DNA from: Bdellovibrionales bacterium
GTDB lineage: Bacteria; Bdellovibrionota; Bdellovibrionia; Bdellovibrionales; Bdellovibrionaceae
Length of the DNA stretch: 64,000 nt
Direction: 5' to 3'
Assembly (NCBI GenBank): GCA_031370005.1
Contig: JANMPT010000043.1
Coordinates: 1-64,000, forward strand
A program made the position numbers and the translations under genes. The notes under the pieces were generated by a model, which was not told the origin of the DNA, searched no databases, and saw only the letters and a program-made list of their open reading frames with translations. Below, one piece after another: positions 39,620-49,584 of the stretch (positions are counted from its first letter, which is position 1; each line of letters begins with the position of its first letter).

Positions 39620-39997
39620 ATGGCGCAACAATCACAAGTAGCAGAAAAACTAGTGAGTGAGTGCAGGCAGAAATTGATTCAAGCGAAAATGGATATTCTT
39701 AACCGTGTTAAGGAATCTCGGCTGAACTTGGATAACGATGATAAGGGCGGGGACGAAGCCGACCAAACCGTTCGTGTGCTTGCAGAGGCAGAGTTTCTGA
39801 ATATGCATGAAAGACTTCGCGGGCAGCTCTTTGAAATCGAAAGTGCTCTTGGTCGCATTGAAAATGGCAGCTTCGGCCTTTGTGAGGAGACTGAAGAGCT
39901 TATTGAGCCAGAAAGACTTCGCGCAATTCCATGGACCCGCCTGAGTATCGAGGGCGCAGAAATCCGCGAATCCGTGAACAAACGTTACGCGAGATAA
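39620..39997 (+). CDS. dksA: DksA/TraR family regulator (one-Cys, zinc-finger-less type)
   Basis: Coiled-coil tip DEADQ, IESALGRI..G.FG.C and I..ERL.AIPW. Confidence 0.85.
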   Translation: MAQQSQVAEKLVSECRQKLIQAKMDILNRVKESRLNLDNDDKGGDEADQTVRVLAEAEFLNMHERLRGQLFEIESALGRIENGSFGLCEETEELIEPERLRAIPWTRLSIEGAEIRESVNKRYAR

Positions 39998-40019
39998 GGT
40001 ACCAGGTCGCTTTTCCGGA
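39995..40019. repeat. Short palindromic extragenic repeat (copy 2)
   Basis: TAAGGTACCAGGTCGCTTTTCCGGA begins in the dksA stop codon and is similar to 32035..32059. Confidence 0.45.
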
Positions 40020-40041
40020 TCAGATCAAATATAAAAAGCAC

Positions 40042-40068
40042 AAAAGCCGTATTAAAAATGCGGCTTTT
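40042..40068. terminator. Bidirectional intrinsic terminator between convergent dksA and speB
   Basis: AAAAGCCGTAT-TAAAA-ATGCGGCTTTT hairpin with A/T tails. Confidence 0.7.
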
Positions 40069-40070
40069 CT

Positions 40071-41111
40071 TTAAGTGGGATTAGACTTCACAAGCCAGCC
40101 ACAGAGTTTGTAGAGAACGCGGGCACCAACATTGCCGTCCCACGCAGCTTCTTTTTGACCGCCAGTAGAAACTTCATTCAAGTCAAAAGCTATAATCTGA
40201 CGCCCGCTTCTATGGAGCTCATTAAAGAGAAAGAAAACCTGGTCAATACTCAAGCCCCCTGGAACCGGAGTCCCCGTGCTTGGACAGAACGCAGGATCAA
40301 GTCCATCAATATCAAAAGAGATATAAACTTTTTGCGGAAGCTCCTTTAAAATGTCTTGGCACACCTGAGCCCAGCTCTCGCCGCCGAGTAAGCGACGCTT
40401 CAATTCAATATCGAAAAAAGTACGAATGTCTTTGCGGCTCTGAATGAGGTCGAACTCCTCTTCGCAGAAATCGCGAATGCCCACCTGGACAAGCTTTTGG
40501 GGCCGCTTGTCGCCCGTCATCACATTATACATAATAGACGCGTGGGACTGGGAGAAGCCCTGATAAGCATTGCGGAGATCCGCATGGGCATCGATGTGTA
40601 GAATTCCAAACTCACAGCTATGCTCCTCGGCCACCGCTTGTATTGCACCCAAAGGAGTGGAGTGATCCCCCCCAACAAGACCAAGAAGTTTTTTGTTTTT
40701 CAAAACAGATTTGCATTGGTCGAAAACCCAGAGGCGCATTTTTTCGCAAGCGTCATTGACCTCATTTGCAAGTTGATTCATGAGCGCATAGTCTTCACTC
40801 TGCCGGGTGCGCAAATGAATTAACTCCTGGGCCTTTTTTTTATAGATGTCATTCATGCTTTTGAGCTCCGCTGGGAATTCGCGCATGAAAAATCCAGCCT
40901 CGTAAGCCTTGCCTGTTTCAAAATCGAAGAGATCAATTTGCTCGCTGGCCTCGCGGATGATGCGTGGCCCATCAGAGGCGCCACTGCCATAAGAGGTTGT
41001 CACCTCCCAAGGCACGGGGATTAGGGTAACGCGGGAGTCCTCTTCGCTCAGAGGAATTCCAAAGATACCAAACTCAGAGGAGATGGTAGTTGTTGGATCA
41101 AATTTACTCAT
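40071..41111 (-). CDS. speB: Agmatinase / ureohydrolase family
   Basis: GGDHS, HIDAHADLR, SFDIDGLDP and TGTPVPGG; start MSKFDP after AAGGAG. Confidence 0.85.
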   Translation of the reverse strand: MSKFDPTTTISSEFGIFGIPLSEEDSRVTLIPVPWEVTTSYGSGASDGPRIIREASEQIDLFDFETGKAYEAGFFMREFPAELKSMNDIYKKKAQELIHLRTRQSEDYALMNQLANEVNDACEKMRLWVFDQCKSVLKNKKLLGLVGGDHSTPLGAIQAVAEEHSCEFGILHIDAHADLRNAYQGFSQSHASIMYNVMTGDKRPQKLVQVGIRDFCEEEFDLIQSRKDIRTFFDIELKRRLLGGESWAQVCQDILKELPQKVYISFDIDGLDPAFCPSTGTPVPGGLSIDQVFFLFNELHRSGRQIIAFDLNEVSTGGQKEAAWDGNVGARVLYKLCGWLVKSNPT

Positions 41112-41296
41112 GAAATTCTCCTTCAGTGAGAGTGCCAGCTTTATGGTCTGAATTTTAGCAAAAGGAAAACAGTTTGGCCCCATGCCATCGCGGCGCATTA
41201 ATTGAGCAATGGCTTGATTATTTTAGCGCTTTCACTGATTTTAGGTCCACTTTAGGGTCTGTGTTGGTTCATGGTATTACTTTGGAGGAATTAAAT

Positions 41297-42922
41297 ATGA
41301 AAATAATGGGACAAATTCTGGCCCTTGTTTTGGCTATAGGAGTTGGTACAACAGCAATGTCTGCAGCTCCAAACGCAAAGGCACCCCAAGGGGGCGTTTT
41401 TAATCTAAACCTTGGTGGCGAACCCCCTACTTTGCATCCAATTGCCAGTACGGATATTTATGCACAGGGAGTTCAGAGTTATGTAATGGACTCTTTGCTG
41501 GCCCACGACACTGAAACCTGGGCATGGAAGCCGCGTATCGCTGAAAAATGGGAGACCTCTAAGGATAACAAAACGTTCATATTCCATCTGCGCAAGAATG
41601 TTCTTTTTCACGATGGGAAGCCATTAACGGCTGAAGACGTGAAGTTCTCTTTTGATGCGATTTTTGAACCTGCGTATCAAGCAGCACATTTGCGTCCTTA
41701 CTACGAGGGGATAGCCAAAGTGGAGGTTGTTGATCCGTATACGGTGAAGGTGACGGCCAAAGACACATATTTCAAAAACTTTGATACAATCGCAGGAATG
41801 ACGATTATTCCAAAGCACGTTTATGGTGATGTTGAAAAGTCTAAGAAGATGACTCGCACTTTGATTGGCAGCGGTCCGTATTTTCTGGAAAAATTTGAAC
41901 GTGGCCAAATTATCACTTTGAAAAAATTCGATAAATGGTACGGAAAAGACGATAGCGCATGGAAGGGCATGTATAATTTCGCAGCAATAAACATGCGTTT
42001 TTACAAAGAAGAAGCGGGTATTCTTGAGCGCGCTAAAAAAGGAGATCTTGATTACATTGATCTTCGCGCAGAATCATATATGAAAAAAACAGAGGGCGCG
42101 CCCTGGGGCAAGACCGTTCTTAAGCATAAAGTTGAAAATAATGCTCCAAAGTCTTACGGCTTTGTAGGCTGGAACCTTCGTCGCGAGCTTTTTCAAGATA
42201 GAAATGTGCGCATAGCTTTGGCTCACATGATGAACCGGGAAGAGATGAATAAAAAATTTCGTTTTGGCATGGCTGACCTCGCGACCGGCCCGACATATGT
42301 GAAAAGTGAATACGCACCTAAAACCGTTAAGCCCATTCTTTTCGACCCGAAAGAGGCAACAGAGCTTTTGGCCAAGGCGGGCTGGAGCGATACGGACAAA
42401 GATGGAACTCTTGATAAAATTGTGAATGGAAAAAAAACATCTTTTAAGTTCACATTGATTCATCCAAATAAAGATAACGAGAAATATTGGACTATGTATA
42501 AAGAGGACCTAAAAAAGGTCGGGATTAACATGGAAATCAAATATCTCGAGTGGAACTCATTCTTGAAGTTATTGGACGAGGGCAATTTCGATGCTGTTTC
42601 TCTGGGCTGGGGTGGTGGCGATATTGATTGGGATCCCAAGCAAATCTGGCACTCCTCAAGTGCGATTCCTGGCGGATCGAATTTTATTTCTTACAAAAAT
42701 CCCGAGGTAGACAAGCTAATAGATGAGGCTCGTCAGTCGCTAGATGAAAAAAAGCGGGTTAAGCTTTTAAGAACAGTTTATGAAAAGATCGCGGCTGATG
42801 CTCCTTATGTATTTATGTTTAATGATAAGTTTGATTTTTATGCAAACTCAATAAGGGTTCAAATGCCAGCTGATACATTCAAGTACGGAATTGGTGTAGA
42901 CTACTGGTGGATGAAACAATAA
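41297..42922 (+). CDS. Peptide ABC transporter substrate-binding protein (family 5)
   Basis: GGAGG RBS, signal peptide, FHLRKNV.FHDG.PLTAEDVKFSF and GSGPY. Confidence 0.92.
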   Translation: MKIMGQILALVLAIGVGTTAMSAAPNAKAPQGGVFNLNLGGEPPTLHPIASTDIYAQGVQSYVMDSLLAHDTETWAWKPRIAEKWETSKDNKTFIFHLRKNVLFHDGKPLTAEDVKFSFDAIFEPAYQAAHLRPYYEGIAKVEVVDPYTVKVTAKDTYFKNFDTIAGMTIIPKHVYGDVEKSKKMTRTLIGSGPYFLEKFERGQIITLKKFDKWYGKDDSAWKGMYNFAAINMRFYKEEAGILERAKKGDLDYIDLRAESYMKKTEGAPWGKTVLKHKVENNAPKSYGFVGWNLRRELFQDRNVRIALAHMMNREEMNKKFRFGMADLATGPTYVKSEYAPKTVKPILFDPKEATELLAKAGWSDTDKDGTLDKIVNGKKTSFKFTLIHPNKDNEKYWTMYKEDLKKVGINMEIKYLEWNSFLKLLDEGNFDAVSLGWGGGDIDWDPKQIWHSSSAIPGGSNFISYKNPEVDKLIDEARQSLDEKKRVKLLRTVYEKIAADAPYVFMFNDKFDFYANSIRVQMPADTFKYGIGVDYWWMKQ

Positions 42923-42942
42923 TCCTTTAGGGAGTAGCGAGC

Positions 42943-43968
42943 TTGTTTGTTTATCTGATTCGCCGTTTATTGTTAATGATCCCGACCTTCATTGGAATCA
43001 CCCTATTGACCTTCTTAGTGATCAATATGGCTCCGGGAAGTCCAATTGAACAAAAGCTTCAAGCGATTCGCTTTGGTTCAAACATGGGTGGCGGTGAAGG
43101 CGGCGGCGGGAAGATTCGCGAAACAGGGGTAAGCCAAGAGGTTATTGAAGCCTTAAAAAAGCAATATGGTTTTGATAAACCAGTTCACATTCGTTATTGG
43201 ATTTGGCTAAAGAATATTGCACACCTTGATTTCGGCGAGAGCTTCACTTATCAGGAACCAGTAATCGACGTTATCACCAGTAAGTTTCCTGTTTCCATGC
43301 AATTCGGTCTGACGTCCTTATTTTTAACCTACCTGGTTTGTATTCCTCTTGGAATGAGGATGGCAATAAAAGCGGGAACGGGATTTGATCGTATTGTTGG
43401 CTTAGCCCTGAACTTTACCTATGCGGTCCCACCTTTAGTTCTAGGTATTTTTTTGATCACGGTCTTTGCAGGAAAATTAGATTGGTTCCCGATTGGCGGC
43501 ATAAAGGCCGATAATTATGATGAGTTAACTATTTGGGGACAGATTATGGATCGCACTCATCATTTTGTCTTGCCATTGATCTGCTATATGATTGGCGGCT
43601 TCACCCAGCTTTCATATTTGATGAGAAACTCAATGCTCGAAGTGGTTAAATCCGACTACGTTCGCACGGCGCGAGCCAAGGGCATTTCTGAACGAGTCGT
43701 ACTTTATAAACACGCACTTAGAAATGCTTTGATTGCCTTGGTTCCAGGAATAGCGGGCTTTTTTGGAGTTTTCCTAACAGGATCTTTAATCATTGAAAGA
43801 ATGTTCAACTTGGATGGCATGGGTCTTCTCAGCTATCAATCCTTGATCGTGCGCGATTATAACGTAATTATGGGAATCACTTTTATTTCTTCACTCATTC
43901 TAATTTCGGGACGCCTATTCAGTGACGTCGTATATGTCCTTATCGATCCAAGGATTGATTTCAAATGA
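42943..43968 (+). CDS. Peptide ABC transporter permease (OppB/YejB-like)
   Basis: YLIRRLL.MIPT, DYVRTARAKG, HALRNAL and DPRI. Confidence 0.93.
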   Translation: MFVYLIRRLLLMIPTFIGITLLTFLVINMAPGSPIEQKLQAIRFGSNMGGGEGGGGKIRETGVSQEVIEALKKQYGFDKPVHIRYWIWLKNIAHLDFGESFTYQEPVIDVITSKFPVSMQFGLTSLFLTYLVCIPLGMRMAIKAGTGFDRIVGLALNFTYAVPPLVLGIFLITVFAGKLDWFPIGGIKADNYDELTIWGQIMDRTHHFVLPLICYMIGGFTQLSYLMRNSMLEVVKSDYVRTARAKGISERVVLYKHALRNALIALVPGIAGFFGVFLTGSLIIERMFNLDGMGLLSYQSLIVRDYNVIMGITFISSLILISGRLFSDVVYVLIDPRIDFK

Positions 43969-45002
43969 TGGATCCGATAGAGAAGCACCTAATTAGCAGT
44001 GAGCTGACCCTAAAGCGCTATCGTCGCTTTAAAAGAAATCGCGCGGCAGTCATTTCTGTTTTTGTTTTCATATTCTTGATTTTCGTAAGTTTCACAGCAG
44101 AACTTTGGTTTAACAGCAAGCCTCATGTTCTGAAGTATCACGGCAAATTGTATTTTCCTCTGGTGAAAAATTATCACCCGACACTTTTCAATCGTACAGA
44201 TATTCAAGTGATGGATTACCGCTCGTTAAAAATGGGCCCAGGTGACTGGGAGATCTGGCCACTCGTTCAATGGGATCCCTATGAGAGCAACGCCTTTGTT
44301 GATTCCTATCCAGCGCCGCCAACAAAGTATAACCTAATGGGCACTGATGATCGCGGTCGCGATGTCTTTACTCGACTGATTTATGGATTCCGGTACACTT
44401 TTGTCTATGCTGTGGGCGTGTGGTTTCTGACTTATCTTATTGGCTGCACAGTCGGTGCGGGCATGGGTTATGTTGGTGGAAAAGTGGATTTAGTTGGCAT
44501 GCGCGCAATTGAGGTTTTTGAGAGCATCCCTTCATTTTTGATCCTGATTACGATCATTTCTATCTTTAAACCAAACATTCTTTTGCTGATTGTTTTTAGT
44601 GTATTTTTTAATTGGACAGGAATTTCGCATTATATGCGAGGTCAGTTTTTGAGTCTGAGAAAACGCGAGTACGTCGAGGCGGCAAAAGCAATTGGCTCAA
44701 CTCATAAGCGAGTCATCTTTAAACACATCATGCCGAATGCTTTGACTCCTATTATTACTCTAAGTCCTTTTGAAATCGCAGGGAATATCTATACTCTTTC
44801 CATTATGGATTATTTAGGCTTAGGCCTTCCGCCGCCAACTCCGAGCTGGGGAGAGCTTCTCGGCCAAGGACAGAGTTATTTTACTACGGCCGAGTGGCTG
44901 GTATGGTATCCAACGGGCGCTTTGGTTTTGACAATGAGCCTGTTGATCAACATCAACTTAGCAGTGCGTGATGCATTTGATGCTAAGTCCGCAGTTGGCT
45001 AA
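43965..45002 (+). CDS. Peptide ABC transporter permease (OppC/YejE-like)
   Basis: GTDDRGRD, EYVEAAKAIG and LGLG..PPTPSWG. Confidence 0.93.
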   Translation: MMDPIEKHLISSELTLKRYRRFKRNRAAVISVFVFIFLIFVSFTAELWFNSKPHVLKYHGKLYFPLVKNYHPTLFNRTDIQVMDYRSLKMGPGDWEIWPLVQWDPYESNAFVDSYPAPPTKYNLMGTDDRGRDVFTRLIYGFRYTFVYAVGVWFLTYLIGCTVGAGMGYVGGKVDLVGMRAIEVFESIPSFLILITIISIFKPNILLLIVFSVFFNWTGISHYMRGQFLSLRKREYVEAAKAIGSTHKRVIFKHIMPNALTPIITLSPFEIAGNIYTLSIMDYLGLGLPPPTPSWGELLGQGQSYFTTAEWLVWYPTGALVLTMSLLININLAVRDAFDAKSAVG

Positions 45003-45031
45003 ATAGTGTGGGCTGTCTTTTCTTTCTGAGC

Positions 45032-46939
45032 CTACTCAGCCTCTTCAAGATAAGTATATCCGGACAAGCCCTCTTCATAATGCTTGATCAGTAGCTTCGC
45101 TTCTTGCTTGGTAATTGTTCCTTTTTGAATACTCTCTTCGGTTGCTTGGCGAATATTATCTACCATTTCTGAACGTCCGTATTGAACGTAGCTTAGGACT
45201 TCTGTCACCGTGTCGCCGGGAACATAGTGGTCAATAGTATAGCCCACCTCGCTTAGGGAAATGTGGACGGCGTCGGTATCACCAAAAAGATTATGCAGGT
45301 CCCCCAAGATCTCTTGGTAAGCACCCGTCAGAAAAATTCCCATGTAGTAAGGCTGGCCTTCAGTATATTGATGAACACGCACGGTCTCTTTTGGTTCGCC
45401 GGATTCGGTATCAATAAATTTTTCAATAACACCGTCAGAGTCACAGGTTAAATCGGCGAGGGTTGCGCTGCGAGTGGGCTCTTCGCTCAATTTATGAATT
45501 GGCATGATAGGGAAGAGTTGGCCCACGGCCCACGAATCTGGAATTGATTGGAAGATTGAGAAGTTTGCAAAATAGGTATCGCAGAGCTCTTTAGCAAGCT
45601 CAGCTTGAATATCTTCCGTATCTGGAGTGGTTTTAGCCAGGAGGACCATTTTTGTCGCAATTGTGAAATACATGGTCTCACACCAAGCACGTTGTTCTAA
45701 TGTTAAAACACCGTAAGTAAACAGCTGCAGAGTTTCTTGTTTTGCTTGAGTTAAGTCATTGAAGCACTCATTGATATTATCTTTGTTCACCTTTTCAAAG
45801 ATGTACTGCATGTCTTGCATGATTGTCGGATCTTTTTTGGTTGCAGGTCGCGGAGGCTCCATGCGGTGCAGATCGTTTACACCCAAAACATTGAAGATTA
45901 AAACTGAGTGATGGGCGACCAAGAAGCGACCAGACTCAGTCACGATGTCAGGATGTGGGACTCCCTTTTCATCGCAAAGTGCTTGAAGTACGGACACGAT
46001 GTCATTGGCGTATTCCTGCTCGCTATAGTTTACTGAGCTATCAGAAGAGCCTGTTCCATCGTAATCAACGCCAAGACCGCCTCCAACGTCAATATACTTA
46101 AGACTTGCGCCCATAGCATGAAGTTCAGTATAGAAACGCGCGCCCTCTTTTAAAGAAGATTTAATGCTTTGGATTGAGGGAACCTGCGAGCCGATATGAT
46201 AATGAAGAAGCTCAAGGCAATCAAGCATGCCCTCTTTTTTAAGAAGCTCAACACCTTCCACAATTTCCATGGAGGTTAGGCCAAACTTTGAGCGAGCACC
46301 TGAGGAGTCCACCCACTTGCCGGCACCTTGGGTGTTTAATTTTGCACGGAAACCAATTTTTGGTCGGGAGTTGAATTTCTTTGCAGCGTCCAGGATCATT
46401 TTGAGTTCTTCTTTGCGATCCACAACAATGATGGTGCTCCGGCCAAGCTTTTGAGAAAGAATGGCGGTCTCAATATACTCAGCATCTTTAAAGCCGTTGC
46501 AAATAATCAAAGCATTTTGCGTATTCATAAGCGCAAGAACCACAAGAAGTTCTGGCTTTGAGCCGCACTCAAGACCCAAGCCGTGGCCTTTTCCGTGCTT
46601 CACAAGCTCTTGCACTAGATGTCGCTGTTGATTTACTTTGATTGGATAAACCCCACAATATTGTCCCTTATAGTTATGATCCGCGAAAGCCTGCTGGAAG
46701 CAGCTATTCAACTGCTGCACACGGGCTTTAATGATATCAGGGAAGCGAATCATAATTGGAACACGGATGCCGCGATCTAACAGATCTTGGGTCAGTTCGT
46801 AAAGGTCAACAGTGGGGCCTATCGCGCCCATTGGAGTAACGGAGACATTGCCATTCGAGTTGACTCGAAAATAGCCATTGCCCCAGCTGTTAATACCGTA
46901 AAGTGAGGCGCTTTTTTCAGAACTCCAGTTATTTGACAT
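45032..46939 (-). CDS. speA: Biosynthetic arginine decarboxylase
   Basis: YPIKVNQ (PLP Lys), ECGSKPEL, CNGFKD, HIGSQ, DVGGGLGVDYDG, TCDSDG and GAYQEILG..HNLFG. Confidence 0.97.
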   Translation of the reverse strand: MSNNWSSEKSASLYGINSWGNGYFRVNSNGNVSVTPMGAIGPTVDLYELTQDLLDRGIRVPIMIRFPDIIKARVQQLNSCFQQAFADHNYKGQYCGVYPIKVNQQRHLVQELVKHGKGHGLGLECGSKPELLVVLALMNTQNALIICNGFKDAEYIETAILSQKLGRSTIIVVDRKEELKMILDAAKKFNSRPKIGFRAKLNTQGAGKWVDSSGARSKFGLTSMEIVEGVELLKKEGMLDCLELLHYHIGSQVPSIQSIKSSLKEGARFYTELHAMGASLKYIDVGGGLGVDYDGTGSSDSSVNYSEQEYANDIVSVLQALCDEKGVPHPDIVTESGRFLVAHHSVLIFNVLGVNDLHRMEPPRPATKKDPTIMQDMQYIFEKVNKDNINECFNDLTQAKQETLQLFTYGVLTLEQRAWCETMYFTIATKMVLLAKTTPDTEDIQAELAKELCDTYFANFSIFQSIPDSWAVGQLFPIMPIHKLSEEPTRSATLADLTCDSDGVIEKFIDTESGEPKETVRVHQYTEGQPYYMGIFLTGAYQEILGDLHNLFGDTDAVHISLSEVGYTIDHYVPGDTVTEVLSYVQYGRSEMVDNIRQATEESIQKGTITKQEAKLLIKHYEEGLSGYTYLEEAE

Positions 46940-46973
46940 CGAGGCAGTTTCTCCTAAGTTTTAAGTCAGCTCA

Positions 46974-49388
46974 CTATTTAACTATAAGGTTCAAAATCTT
47001 ACCGGGCCTATAAATCACCTTGTCCGGGGTCTTTCCACCGAGTGCTGATCTTACAGCATCTATCGCATAGGCTGCAGAAAGGGCAGTCTCCTCGGAAGCG
47101 TCCAACATAGTTTCAATAGTTCCGCGCATTTTCCCATTCACCTGTACACCAATTGTGAGGGTGTCATCCGCGATGAGACTGTTATCATATTTTGGCCAGG
47201 GTGCCAAAGAAACAAAGCCCTTGCCACCCATTTTTTCCCAGAGCTCTTCGGCCAAATGCGGAGCAAAGGGCATCAAAAGCTGAGCAAGAGGTTTCAAAAG
47301 AGATTTTGGTTTTACATTGGCTTTGTAGATCTCATTGACCAGGATCATCATGGCCGAGATCGAAGTATTGAAGCTCATGTTTTCGATGTCTTCAGTAACT
47401 TTTTTGATGGTCTTATGTAAAAGTTTTTCTAAACTCGGGGGAGTGGTCTCATCGCTTGCAATCGGATGGCCGTCCTCGCTCACAACCAAGCGGCTGATTC
47501 GATCGAGAAAGCGTTTTACGCCCTCAATTCCGGTGGGAGACCACGGTTTTTCATTTTCAAGTGGGCCCATAAAACAAACAAAGGTTCGTAGCGCATCGGC
47601 TCCATACTTCTTGCAGATGTCGTCTGCTGGAATCACGTTGCCACGGGATTTGGACATTTTCTGGTTGTCTTCCCCTAAAATCATTCCCTGATGTGCTAGT
47701 TTTTTGAAGGGCTCATCATGGCTCACAAGACCAGCATCAAAAAGAACCTTCATCCAAAAGCGTGAATAGAGCAAGTGTCCAACCGTGTGTTCCGGACCGC
47801 CTACATAAAGATCCACAGGCATCCAATATTTTTCTGCCTCAGAGGCGAAGGGAGCTTTGTCGTTGTGGGGATCAATGTAACGTAAGAAATACCAAGAGGA
47901 CCCCGCAGATCCGGGCATCGTATCCGTTTCGCGAAGACCAATTTCGCCCTCAGTAGCAAGGGCCGCTGTGCCTTTGTACTGAACCCATTCCTTGTTGCGA
48001 GCAAGTGGAGCCTCGCCTTTATCGGAAGGCTCATAGTCCGCAACTTCCGGTAAGAGCACAGGCAATTCATCAACAGGGATGCCCTTGAGGCCAGCTTTCG
48101 GAAAGTGAACAACCGGAAATGGCTCGCCCCAATAACGTTGACGACTAAAAAGCCAATCGCGGAGTTTGTATTGAACTTCTTTTTTACCAAGTTTCCTAGA
48201 CTCTAGATGTTGAATTATTTTCTGTATGGCATCTGTTTTTGAAAGACCATTGAGGAAATCAGAATTCATCAAAATGCCTTCGCCCTCAAATGGCAACTTA
48301 TCTCCGCCTTGAAGAACGCGAACGATCGGTAGACTGAATTTTTCAGCAAATTCAAAGTCCCGAGTATCATGGCCGGGAACTGCCATGATGGCTCCGGTTC
48401 CATAGTCCATTAAAACATAGTCCGCAATCCAAATAGGAATTTTTTGTCCACTGATGGGATGAGTGGCATATGCCCCAGTGAAAACACCGGTTTTATCTGC
48501 GTTGGCTTTGCGATCGACTTCAGACTTGCGTGAAGAGACTTCCACGTATTTATCCACATGCGATTTTTGTAAGGGCGCTGTAATGGCGGCGACGAGAGGA
48601 TTTTCCGGCGCTAGTACCATGAAGGTGACGCCAAACAAAGTATCAGGGCGGGTGGTAAAGACTTCGAAGGCCTCAGGAAACCCATCGACTTTGAAGGTCA
48701 CGAGAGCCCCTTCGCTTTTGCCAATCCAATTGCGTTGGCCTTCTTTTGTTCGGGCCGGCCAATCAATTTTTTCAAGACCCTCTAGCAGTCGCTCAGCATA
48801 ATCGGTAATCTTGAGCATCCACTGCTTCATTGGAACCCGGACTACGGGGTGACCACCACGTTCGGACTTGCCATCAATAATTTCATCATTTGCGAGAACT
48901 GTTTTTAAAGCTGGGCACCAATTGACGGGAACTTCTTTTTGATAGACAAGCCCGCGCTCCAGGAGTTTCAAAAAAATAAACTGAGTCCATTTGTAATACT
49001 TCGGGTCTGCCGTGGAAATTTCGCGGCTCCAATCAAAACTAAACCCAAAAGACTGGAGCGTATTGCGAAAGCTCGCAATTGCTTTGTCTGTGGTGATGGC
49101 CGGGTGAATTCCTGTTTGGATGGCGTATTGCTCCGCAGGCAAACCAAAGGAATCATAGCCAATGGGGTGAAGAACATTAAAACCTAGAGCTCGTTTATAT
49201 CGAGACACAATATCAGCTGGGGTATATGAGGCAATGTGGCCGACGTGGAGTCCAGATCCAGAGGGATAAGGGAACATGTCAAGGGCATAGTACTTTGGCT
49301 TATCTGAGCCATTCTGGGCTTTGAAGGCGCCTTTTTCTTGCCATTTTTCTTGCCATTTTTTCTCGAAATCCGTGTGATTCAAAGCCAT
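46974..49388 (-). CDS. leuS: Leucine--tRNA ligase
   Basis: MFPYPSG.GLHVGH, DWLFSRQRYWG and KMSKS; start moved to MALNH at 49388. Confidence 0.98.
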   Translation of the reverse strand: MALNHTDFEKKWQEKWQEKGAFKAQNGSDKPKYYALDMFPYPSGSGLHVGHIASYTPADIVSRYKRALGFNVLHPIGYDSFGLPAEQYAIQTGIHPAITTDKAIASFRNTLQSFGFSFDWSREISTADPKYYKWTQFIFLKLLERGLVYQKEVPVNWCPALKTVLANDEIIDGKSERGGHPVVRVPMKQWMLKITDYAERLLEGLEKIDWPARTKEGQRNWIGKSEGALVTFKVDGFPEAFEVFTTRPDTLFGVTFMVLAPENPLVAAITAPLQKSHVDKYVEVSSRKSEVDRKANADKTGVFTGAYATHPISGQKIPIWIADYVLMDYGTGAIMAVPGHDTRDFEFAEKFSLPIVRVLQGGDKLPFEGEGILMNSDFLNGLSKTDAIQKIIQHLESRKLGKKEVQYKLRDWLFSRQRYWGEPFPVVHFPKAGLKGIPVDELPVLLPEVADYEPSDKGEAPLARNKEWVQYKGTAALATEGEIGLRETDTMPGSAGSSWYFLRYIDPHNDKAPFASEAEKYWMPVDLYVGGPEHTVGHLLYSRFWMKVLFDAGLVSHDEPFKKLAHQGMILGEDNQKMSKSRGNVIPADDICKKYGADALRTFVCFMGPLENEKPWSPTGIEGVKRFLDRISRLVVSEDGHPIASDETTPPSLEKLLHKTIKKVTEDIENMSFNTSISAMMILVNEIYKANVKPKSLLKPLAQLLMPFAPHLAEELWEKMGGKGFVSLAPWPKYDNSLIADDTLTIGVQVNGKMRGTIETMLDASEETALSAAYAIDAVRSALGGKTPDKVIYRPGKILNLIVK

Positions 49389-49584
49389 GAAGTCCTCATT
49401 CAAAAAAATGTCTGAAAATGAATAGCTAAGAATAGCGGATCTTTCAATGAAAATGGAAAGGAAATCTCGGCAAATTTTTCCTAGATTTATGCCCAAGGCG
49501 GTTCCTGGACTTCGGGAGAGAATTGAGCAGGTGTCGGAAGCTTCTATTCGGAGTTTTCAATGAGGCGCGCTAAAATAAAAGGAT

